Positions 11,216 to 20,000 of a DNA stretch of 20,000 bases are shown piece by piece. The notes under the pieces are model-generated. The model was not told the origin of the DNA. It worked only from the letters and a program-made list of their open reading frames with translations, and searched no databases. Every line of letters begins with the position of its first letter. Within the stretch, counting starts at the first letter, position 1. Both the position numbers and the translations under genes were made by a program. This DNA is from Rozella allomycis CSF55 (Eukaryota), in assembly GCA_000442015.1 (NCBI GenBank), contig KE561347.1, forward strand, positions 45,489 through 65,488, given 5' to 3'.

Positions 11216-12868
11216 ATGCCTGAAGATGATAGTCTCCATTCTTTAGAAAATATGCCTGTGGATTATCGAGAAATAGTTCAATTAGCAGTTAAAGATGTCG
11301 AAAACATGTACTCTCATTCTTTAGAGCCCCACGCACTGTTCCAATTAGCCGAATTCGGACAGCAAGGTATGCCTTGAAAATTGGATTTTAGAGATCAAAA
11401 TTTGATACCATTAATTGAAAACCTCTCTGAATACTCTATAGTAGATCATCCACACAGCATGGGTGCATTGACTCTAATTCTTGGTTGGATTCCGACCCCA
11501 GCTAAAGAAAAGCGAACGGAGTTAAAGAATTTTATCAAATCCATTATCAAATCATACACTATAGAATTCCATGATTCTAAGGAGCCTAATCAAAAAATTA
11601 TTAATGCCGCAAGAATTCTGTACATTTTGTTGATTCGGTGGGCGGGGCAAATGAGTGATGAGTTGTATGATTCAGAATTAGTCGAGCAAGTTATCTCCAT
11701 ACTAAAAGAATCTCATAACTCATTATTGATGTTTTCATGTTTAAATTTGCTTGATGGCATTTCACATACAAGTAACATTAACATGGTACTAAGAAAGAAA
11801 CATCAAAGTTGAAGTTGATAGAAAATAAATCCGTACAGGAATATTTCGAAGAGATTAACATTTGCAGTGAAACAATAGATTATAATGATGTTCCAAAGAG
11901 GCATTTCTCGTTTTTGCTAAAGCATTTGGCTGAAAAGAAATGTAACATATTTCTTTGCGTCAATAGAAGTTAAATTCTTTCCTCTAAATGAATTCTGCCC
12001 CGGAAATGTTAGTATTAACGGCAAAGATAAAACTTCGTCTCTTAAATTAGGATCAACTCTTCTCGAAGTATTGAATAACTCTCAATTTAACTAGTTCAGG
12101 AATGATTCTTTATTCTTTGAAAGTGCAAGAGCGTCATTGCCGTGTATATCTGGCTCAACGTATTATGAAGTTACGATTTTGAGCAATGGGATCTGTCAAA
12201 TTGGATGGTCTACTAAACAATTAGTTTTCAACCCTGAAGAGGGCGTGGGTGTCGGTGATGATGATTCATCATTTGGATTTGACGGCTGTCGAAAAAAATT
12301 ATGGCACAATGGTCAATCTGTAGATTATGAGAATACAATTGTCTGGAAGGCCGGAGATGTAATTGGATGTTTCCTCGATTTAAAAAATGGATTTGTGCTA
12401 TTCTTCTTAAACGGAACACCAATAGAGCCAATGTTTTATATCGAAGAAGAAAAAGTTCAAGAAATCAAAGAAAAAGGAGGTTTGTATCCTGCCTTTTCCC
12501 TATTAACATACCAGCACGTAATGGTGAATTTCGGACATGACGCATTTGAATATTCAGACGATTTAAATATATTTTTGCATAAAGTATACGGAGAACAATG
12601 CGATGCGGATGAAAGGTGGAAAAGTTTAGAAGAGCAAGCACCTCAAATTACAACACTACGGCAAACAATGAGCAACTTAAGTATCCTGTCTCATGACAAT
12701 ACATGCACCGTTTGTTTTGCTTCAATCGCTAATTGTACAGTTTATCCTTGTCTACACAATTTTTGCAAAGAATGTTCGTCAAAAGTGGTCAACTGCCCAT
12801 TGTGCAGGACCTTTCTGCATAAGAACATGACAGAGTTAGTACTTCCAAATGTATGTAATAAACAATAA
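11216..12868 (+). CDS. RSPRY1: RING finger and SPRY domain-containing protein 1 homologue (putative E3 ligase)
   Basis: Exons 11216-11366, 11394-11771, 11798-11941, 11970-12067, 12095-12868. SPRY motifs FESARA..YYEVTILSNGICQIGW..EGVGVGDDDSSFGFDGCR; C3HC4 RING CTVC..PCLH.FCKEC..CPLCR; N-terminal helical region resembles animal RSPRY1. Confidence 0.85.
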
Positions 12869-12870
12869 TT

Positions 12871-13587
12871 TTAAGCGGTGACTTTATTCTGATCTAATTT
12901 TTGTGGTTCGGGATTGGTCTCCACGTATGCTGGCTCTGTATCGTCCAGATAACTAGGTTCTCCTTCAAATTCAAAATCGGCTTCATTTTGAAGAGCCTCC
13001 AATTCTCATTAAATGTATCAGAATTAATTACCTGCTTCCAATTCATCCTCATCAACATCATCAGGCAGTCCATAAGAGCGGCCCAACGCTTCTTGAACTT
13101 CATTTGATTGCTCAAGGAGATCCTCAATTTCATCTTGCAAATTGTCGATTTTATCTATGTTGATAGCCTTGAATTGTGTTTTCATTTCTTTAGCTGCAAT
13201 TTTCATAGCGTCAACGGTAGTAACAGTACTTTTCATGCTTTCTAATGCAAAATTAGTCTGATCCATATTGAAAGACTGTTGCATCATCATGTCTCGCTGT
13301 CCTTCATATAGTTTCTTTTGTTTAAGCACACGGAGGGCCTTTGATTTTATAGCATTCTAAAAATAAATAGAAAAATAGATACCTTGGCTGGACCATCTTT
13401 CATTTTAGACATTTGATCTTTGTATCTTGCAAGTTCAGCATCCAGCTTCTTAACTTTTACTTCGACACTCTCAGTTCTGGAATCCATCTATCAAGTTTAA
13501 GGATTTCATAAATATTACTTTTTCAATTGCATCGTTGAGTGTTGGCTTTGGTGCTTTCGGTTTTGTTGAACCGAAGAATCGATTCAT
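12871..13587 (-). CDS. VPS60: ESCRT-III subunit Vps60/CHMP5 (Snf7 family)
   Basis: [99 protein letters not shown]. Introns 13488-13518, 13357-13382 and 13005-13031. Confidence 0.95.
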
Positions 13588-13602
13588 TTCGCAATTTTCT
13601 AA

Positions 13603-14337
13603 ATGTATCAATTTAGATTTTATCATTCATTTGCTAAGCGCCCGCCGCTCACAGCATTCATCTTACAAAATAAGGATAAACTTAGAAAAATAGTAGCAGC
13701 ACTACCAGTTACAATGTCATTTACATGCGCAGTGGGCTCATTATATTTTACGGGACTTTATTTCTATCCTTTGGACCCAATGTTTAAAGGAGCCGATTAT
13801 CCATTGATGGTCAAAAAAGATATTATAAAGGGGACATATTACAGAGACTTTAATTACATATATACATACTTCAAAAAGGCAATATCGAGGTTGACGTTTA
13901 AAGGGTATGATGAAAACTCACAGGAAATCATTAAAATCAACATTTTTCTTGCCCAAAGAATGCTGAATACCATCGATGTTCCTTTAACTCCAATGCTGGA
14001 GCTTTTCGAATTTCTGTCTAGGAAGACACGACCGGGTATTAGTTTTAATACTATAATATTAGGGGAAACACCAGAAAATGAAGCTATTCGAATTTATACA
14101 GCAATATTAGTGGCTAACCGAATGGCTGGCAAGTATATTGATCGTGGTGACTTTTTAGCATCACGAAAATGTTTGAGTTGGGCAATGAAAATGATAGTAA
14201 ATGAATGAAACCTATAATTTTAGTTAAATACACCGGAGCATTTAAAAGATCACATTCACGTAGAATTCGATGTCATCAAGAATTTAAAAGAAAAGGCGGC
14301 AGTACTTAAACCATATATTGAGCTTTTGGAAAAATAA
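13603..14337 (+). CDS. Putative mitochondrial inner-membrane helical/TPR-like protein, Mgr3-like
   Basis: Basic presequence-like N-terminus, one TM segment, then YPLMVKKDIIKGTYY..YFKKAI..GYDENSQEIIKINIFLA, which resembles fungal Mgr3-type proteins (recalled similarity, not searched). Introns 14036-14062 (in frame) and 14197-14223. Confidence 0.55.
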
Positions 14338-14378
14338 ACAAAGTGGTATCTAACGATTACTGCAATTTATAGTTTTCG

Positions 14379-15158
14379 ATGGACCAGGTTTTTAATTTTT
14401 CTAGTGATCAGACCTCACGAAAGCGGACATTAATTGATAGTGTAAAGAGGCGCTCGAAAATCAATAGACCCACGTCCTTATTTATAGCATCACCAGTCTC
14501 CGCGGAGCCTCTTACAACTACCAGAAATGAAAAATCCGTTAAAGAATTGTCCTTAATTCTAGAAAAGGAAAAAGAAAATGTAATGCGGAAACGTGAAAAA
14601 GTCGCTTTGATTAAAAACAGTAATGAATTTATTAATAAGCAAATTGAAATTTTGAAGACAAGGCAGTCATCATTATTGGATACCTTAGCAAATGAAAAGG
14701 CTGTAATTAGACGATTGGAATCAGAAATCGAGCGTGAACGACAAAATGTACGCGGCATGAAAGACCAGAATGAAGGTGAAAAAAATAGGATAGAAAGTGT
14801 AAAAAAGAACTTCTTAAAACAAATTGATTCGGAAAGAGAAGATCTCAAGGCTATCATAACCAAACTACAGGAGTCAATTGAAAAAAGAACAGTACAGGTA
14901 GACCAAATGAATAAAATATCGGAAAAGCTGACAGGAAGGGAATATAAAATCAGCAGCCCTAGAAAATACTCAGATGTTGCCAGAACTTTAGGGAAATCAG
15001 ATTTCCGCGAAAGCCTTGAAAGCAGGGTGAAAGCACTTTCCATTGAAACTCATGTCCGGCGAGAGTCACTCGATATTATAGAAATGGCAGACAGAGCTCA
15101 AACACCTGGTTCTCTTGACCTTCAATTAAATAACATTTCCGAATTCATGGAAGATTAA
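14379..15158 (+). CDS. Hypothetical coiled-coil protein (259 aa, apparently intronless)
   Basis: Long ORF with an E/K/R/Q-rich heptad central region and a basic N-terminal cluster (RKR..KRRSK). No family recognised. Confidence 0.75.
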   Translation: MDQVFNFSSDQTSRKRTLIDSVKRRSKINRPTSLFIASPVSAEPLTTTRNEKSVKELSLILEKEKENVMRKREKVALIKNSNEFINKQIEILKTRQSSLLDTLANEKAVIRRLESEIERERQNVRGMKDQNEGEKNRIESVKKNFLKQIDSEREDLKAIITKLQESIEKRTVQVDQMNKISEKLTGREYKISSPRKYSDVARTLGKSDFRESLESRVKALSIETHVRRESLDIIEMADRAQTPGSLDLQLNNISEFMED

Positions 15159-16570
15159 TATGTTAACTTGTTTGTATTTCATAATAAAAAAGAAAATTTT
15201 GATCTTCTAAGAGCATTTTTCCAATCCACATACATATTTCAAATTTAGAGCTATGATAGGGCTAACGTTGGAATTGAGTATACCAGAGTATGCTATAAGC
15301 AATTAAATATTAAATTCGTAGTTCCAAGCTACTATTGTAGCGGTTTTCAAAACTGTGCATGTTGGAAGTCCGTCAGGCGTCAAGAAATTTTCCAAATACG
15401 TAAATGTAAAAAATCTTCCCTTGCTTTTGTAGCTTTTTAGAAAAGCCTTATTTACTTTAGCTAGAAGATTTTTACTATATAAAACTGTTTCTTTTGATTG
15501 ACTTTACGACTAAAGCTAAGCGTAAAGACAGATACGAGAAATACATAACTATTTCACTATTTTTTGTGATTTAATTAATCTTTGTTTAAGACAAGACATA
15601 GTTAACTGGTAGTCCACTTTGCTAACCTGACATTATCCCCTTCTCTGTCTCATTGAGATTTATTTTAATGTAATACTTTATACTAGCCGGTAAGTTGAAT
15701 CTCAATAGGTGAAAGAATCCATTGGTTCACGAAACCATTATTTGGATAATTCAATCTTACCTGTGGCAAAGTTGTGCTAGTTTCTCAGAGTTAGTTGCAA
15801 CATTTTATAGTGGCTTCGTCACTACATAGCAACTTTGATGGGATAATGGAAATTCATCATCATTATAAGTCGTTTGAAAGGATTCCCATTGATTAATTAA
15901 ATATCCATACTTCCATAGAGGAATTAATTCTTATCACCATAGACATATGTTGAAAAGGAGGTGACGAGCAATAGAACTAATTAAGCAGAGTTATTATAAT
16001 CGATGATTCGATGGTTCTTCAATTTTACGATTTCAAACGCCGTTCATTATTTTTATATCATTTTTAGTATTCTCTTTATAGTTACATCATTTTGTCATTT
16101 GTGTCTGTTGTAACCATTTTTACTCTAACATATCCAACACAATTGGTTTGTAAGGTGGAAAATCCATTTGAATGTCTCTAACTTTTGCATGGTCTTGCTT
16201 AAACCATGTTCTTATTTTTGCTTCGATTGACGATTCCTTTGATTCGTGATTCTCTTCTCTAATGAAAAATGAAACTAGCAAATTTTGAGATTGAGGCATT
16301 ATATTCTTATTCTCAGTTGGTGGAGTGATTTGTCTGGTTAATTTCGAGTGCTACTGTGCTAGTTTAATAAACGGGATAAGAAAATACAATTATAGATTTG
16401 AATATTGTGAATAATTAAAGCAACGCTTATCATTCCATATGTGATGTTTGGATAAAAATTCAGTATAACAGCGCTCGTCCCTCAAACCTGATACTAGTGA
16501 GACGCAAAGGCGAGAATGGCAGTGGAGTAGAGAGTACCCGTTAAATATGTCTGATTCATAAATAAAGATT

Positions 16571-16617
16571 TATCGGACGGGGAGTTTACGACCCGGACTT
16601 CAGAAACGATTATTGGC
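16571..16617. repeat. 47-bp exact direct repeat, copy 1 (truncated by N at 16618)
   Basis: TATCGGACGGGGAGTTTACGACCCGGACTTCAGAAACGATTATTGGC is identical to 19236-19282; the upstream flanks differ. Confidence 0.95.
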
Positions 16618-16618
16618 N

Positions 16619-17201
16619 TAGAAGTATTGAGTGGATTAGAACAACACTTCACATTGGCTCTGTTGAAAGTGCATTTGACAAGTGGATCAAGTTGACCAAT
16701 GCTGCATATGAAGTGACCAGTGATGCACGGCCAGTGCTCTTACTTGATGAAATTGGGGTGTTTATGGGCATGACTAATAGACCGTCTTCGACAAAGAATG
16801 ATGCGAATGGTAATTTCCTTATTCATACCTATCTTTCTGATGCTATTACTACTTTATTGAACCGATGTTATGTTATTGTTTCTGGGACTAGAGATGTCAA
16901 TCTGTCTGCTTTGAGTGACTATTCCAACTTTGTTACCAACAATTTCTCACTGACACCGTTTTCAATGGAGGATGCCTATCAATATGGAGTGAATTATTTG
17001 ACCTTGAAGGATTGCAGGGATCAATGGCCAAATACCTTTGATGATTTCATGAACGATTCGTCCCTTCTTAGCCTCTTCTACCAGACTTTGCAAGTGCCAA
17101 GATTAGTCGTCTTTGCTGTTGAAGCGTTTTTTGAAAGTTCATCGGGCAATCCTGCTTGTTCGTCATTTGAAGCAAAAACCCTCAAATGGTACAAAGATGC
17201 C
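16619..17201 (+). CDS. Fragment A of CR/Crinkler-type NTPase-nuclease gene (Walker B and helical region)
   Basis: Open frame from N to N. Contains PVLLLDEIG (Walker B), VIVSGT strand, LTPFS and QVPRLV (GxPR-like). Confidence 0.75.
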
Positions 17202-17202
17202 N

Positions 17203-17851
17203 ACATCCTCCATTGAAAACGGTGTCAGTGAGATATTGGTGGTAACAAACTTGGAATAGTCAGCAGTCAAAGCAAACAGATTGCCATCTCTAGTCCCGGA
17301 AGCAATAACATAACATCGGTTCAATAGAGTAGTAATAGCATCAGAAAGATAGGTATGCATAAGGAAATTAACATTCGCTTTCTTTGTCGAAGACGGTCTA
17401 TGTGTCATGCCCATAAACACCCCAATTTCATCAAGTAAGAGCACTGGCCGTGCATCACTGGTCACTTCATATGCAGCATTGGTCAACTTGATCCACTTGT
17501 CAAATGCACTTTCAACAGAGCCAATGTGAAGTGTTGTTCTTATCCACTCAATACTCCTGAATTCAACTCCATCAACTACGCATCCCTCAAAAATTTTCCA
17601 CAAATGATCAAGAATAATCTCCATCCAAAGATCTTCGGCAAAATTCTCATGCTCTAAAACTTTCTTATATTTGCTCAAATCAACAACTGCCAGCCGCCCA
17701 ATAGCACGAGCCGCACTCAGCTGAGAATTGTCGATCTCCACACCAAATCCTTCAGGATCGACAAGTGCTTTTAAAACAGTCGTCTTCCCTAGCCCACGAG
17801 TAGCACATAGAACTCCAACTGATGTCTATATCGGTGTATCCACCAAAACTT
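17203..17851 (-). pseudogene. Fragment B: inverted second copy of the NTPase domain, with Walker A and Walker B
   Basis: Extending the 17163..17741 frame upstream gives VLVDTPI*TSVGVLCATRGLGKTTVLKALV. Walker A is at about 17778-17804 and an in-frame TAG at 17826-17828. About 355 bp is a diverged reverse complement of fragment A. Confidence 0.7.
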
Positions 17852-17852
17852 N

Positions 17853-17942
17853 CTTCTTTCGAAATAGCTTCAATCTGTGTTTCTCGTCCAAGAAGAGGAA
17901 GTGTGGGTCCATTCTTTTGAAGGCATTTAATTAGAACATCTC
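17853..17942 (-). CDS. Fragment C: segment upstream of Walker A
   Basis: DVLIKCLQKNGPTLPLLGRETQIEAISKE. The hhGRE motif typically precedes Walker A in STAND/AAA-like NTPases. Confidence 0.6.
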
Positions 17943-17943
17943 N

Positions 17944-18430
17944 TGAAGCGTTTAGTGCCAGTTCATTGGTCATTGCTGCTTGTTCGTCATTTGAAGCAAA
18001 AACCCTCAAATGGTACAAAGATGCCTCGCAGTCGTTTGGGTCCTACTCTGATCATGATCTTGTTCACATCTTGTTTGCTTGTGCATCTGGCTATCGCTTG
18101 TCACAGAATGATTGCATTCCAGGTACAGACCTCTTAGTTCGTGATTTTATTGATGGAGGAATGATTTTTCATTATGTTGATGGTCGATTTACGACCCTGC
18201 TGTGGATCTTTGCCAAAGAGAGGTTAGTTGATCTTGATACTTATGCCAAAACTTTGATTCCAAATAACGATCTCTCCAAGTGCTTTTTTTCATTCGATTC
18301 TTGGCTCAACAAGTCACTGAATCTACATTCAATTGGTGTGGAATTCGAGGCCATCTTTGCTCATTCTCTTTGCATCAAGTATTACCTCCATTCTCTTGTG
18401 AACGGTGAAGGCCCTTTTAGCTTTTCTGCT
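17944..18430 (+). CDS. Fragment D: linker and start of nuclease domain
   Basis: Overlaps the end of fragment A (ACSSFEAKTLKWYKDA). Open frame, with IGVEFEAIFAHSL as the first REase helix. Confidence 0.7.
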
Positions 18431-18431
18431 N

Positions 18432-19219
18432 TGCTTGTCACAGAATGATTGCATTCCAGGTACAGGCCTCGTAGGTGGTGATCGTATTGATGGAGGAATG
18501 ATTTTTCATTATGTGGATGGTCGATTTACGACCCTGCTGTGGATCGTTGCCAACGAGAGGTTAGTTGATCTTGATACTTATGCCACAACTTTGATGCCAA
18601 ATATCGATCACTCCAAGTGCTTTTTTTCATTCGATTATTGGCTCAACAAGTCACTGAATCTACTTCAATTGGCGGGGAATTCGAGGCCATCTTTGCTCAT
18701 TCTTTTTGCATCAAGTATTACCTCCATTCTCCTGTGAACGGTGAAGGCCCTTCTAGCTTTTCTGCTGTGTACGATCTTGATATCCACAGTAAATCTTACC
18801 CAGCCGCTTCGACTTGGAATATTGATTTGCGAGGTGGTTATGTGGAAACAGAAGATGTAACTGACGAGGACAATTTAGAGCGTTGCTTTTACCACAACAC
18901 TTTCACCAACAATGCCGCTGCAGACTCTGTTGCATTCAAGGATCCATCTCCCCATCTTAATATTCAAGACAAATACTCAATGGATTGTGAAATTGAGACT
19001 GACAAGATAGCCAGGCAGTTGGAGCATTGTGAAAATTTATTGTGGGTCCCACTTGGTCTTGTGGAAGATGACTATGTTCCGCCAAACTACAGGACTGGAG
19101 CAGTAAGGAACGCTTGGCTTGAAAAAAGGTTGGCATTTATCGATGGAAGTGGCTGTTGCAATCCAATGCTCATGGATTTATCGATTCTGTTGAAGTTGCA
19201 TTTAGAAACTACTAAATAA
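18432..19219 (+). pseudogene. Fragment E: duplicate of D with a 1-nt frameshift, continuing into a PD-(D/E)xK-like nuclease C-terminus
   Basis: CTACTTCAATT here vs CTACATTCAATT in D (deletion near 18664). Nuclease motif G.EFE...FYHN..NNAAADSVAF...LNIQDKYS; stop at 19219. Confidence 0.7.
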
Positions 19220-19235
19220 AACACATTGTTCAATC

Positions 19236-19282
19236 TATCGGACGGGGAGTTTACGACCCGGACTTCAGAAACGATTATTGGC
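19236..19282. repeat. 47-bp exact direct repeat, copy 2
   Basis: Identical to 16571-16617; starts 16 bp after the nuclease stop codon. Confidence 0.95.
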
Positions 19283-19318
19283 AAGTTGAGTTAATACCAT
19301 TTTCACTTCGAATATACA

Positions 19319-20000
19319 TTCACTTTAAGGGATTTAAATTTTACACCGTGAACCAGGGTGGTTGTCGAGTGGTGCGTGTGTGTGTGTGTATGTGTGTCAG
19401 TAACCTTTTTTGCTTCCGATTCTCTCCAAATTTGGTCTCTGAACTCAACACACCCAGTATACGACGTAATATCAATTTTCAGTCCGTATAGTAAAGGTAG
19501 TTGTTGAGATATAGGTGGCGGAAGTTTTTTAAGGTGCATGTTGGATTGTTCATTAATATGCCACATTTGTGACGAATTATAAATAGATTAAATAAAAACA
19601 ATAAATTGTTATTTTATTTTTTTTTATTAGCGTTTTGGAGCCATAAGAGTCGCTTGTTACACCTACTTTTGAGTTCCATAGTGTAGCGAATCTTAAAAAG
19701 TATAGAATCGATTATAAGTTTATATTAATTAAAAGATAATATTGTAGACATTTATTTATTACAACATGATAATTGAGATTCAGGATTCGTANTTCACTTT
19801 AAGGGATTTAAATTTTACACCGTGAACCAGGGTGGTTGTCGAGTGGTGCGTGTGTGTGTGTGTATGTGTGTCAGTAACCTTTTTTGCTTCCGATTCTCTC
19901 CAAATTTGGTCTCTGAACTCAACACACCCAGTATACGACGTAATATCAATTTTCAGTCCGTATAGTAAAGGTAGTTGTTGAGATATAGGTGGCGGAAGTT
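19319..20000. repeat. 208-bp or longer exact duplication (19319-19526 = 19793-20000) containing a GT microsatellite
   Basis: The second copy begins immediately after the N at 19792. The (GT)n tract is at about 19376-19397 and 19850-19871. Confidence 0.92.

Noticed and set aside
928..14337. Split ORFs interpreted as frameshifted pseudogenes or an alternative genetic code
   Set aside because: Nearly all breaks are resolved by 26-28 nt GT-AG introns that restore conserved motifs under the standard code.
14408..15043. 211-aa antisense ORF, and other short shadow ORFs such as 911-1285, 149-373 and 5737-6096
   Set aside because: They lie antisense to well-supported genes and show the F/S/L-rich composition expected from reverse-complementing K/E/R codons.
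16619..17560. Long inverted repeat (fragment A vs B) as a real hairpin or transposon TIR
   Set aside because: Both arms are coding copies on separate N-bounded contigs, so the orientation is probably a scaffolding artefact.
17752..18018. 88-aa minus-strand ORF
   Set aside because: It is a chimera spanning two N joins. Only 17853-17942 is in a meaningful frame.
16571..19282. CRISPR-like array or prokaryotic defence island
   Set aside because: Only two repeat copies 2.6 kb apart, in a eukaryotic intron-rich context with no cas genes.
19303..19566. 87-aa ORF with a THTHTH run
   Set aside because: The run is a translation of the GT microsatellite inside a repeated non-coding segment.
19793..20000. 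LTR pair with 19319-19526
   Set aside because: The copy starts exactly at an N, is identical, and has no TG..CA ends or retroelement ORF. It is likely an unmerged contig overlap.

Overview
AT-rich eukaryotic genomic DNA. It carries ultra-short GT-AG spliceosomal introns, nearly all 26-28 nt, and very tight gene packing. This fits a compact early-diverging fungal or opisthokont parasite such as Rozella/Cryptomycota (inference). Positions 1-15158 hold ten genes reconstructed by hand-splicing: a tandem-YccF membrane protein (runs off the left edge), tripeptidyl-peptidase II, an orphan small secreted protein, tomosyn/Lgl with an intact C-terminal R-SNARE, an apparently catalytically dead hexose-6-phosphate 1-epimerase homologue, an SLC35/TPT transporter, RSPRY1, VPS60/CHMP5, an Mgr3-like mitochondrial protein and a coiled-coil orphan. 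After about 1.4 kb of non-coding DNA, 16619-19219 contains scrambled, duplicated, intronless fragments of a P-loop NTPase plus PD-(D/E)xK nuclease gene (Crinkler/CR-effector architecture), bracketed by an exact 47-bp direct repeat. Nine single-N scaffold joins occur, most next to duplicated and usually diverged sequence. The main points of interest are the CR-type toxin locus, evidence that 3' splice sites are chosen by distance from the donor, poly(A) signals embedded at stop codons, and a candidate pseudo-enzyme.
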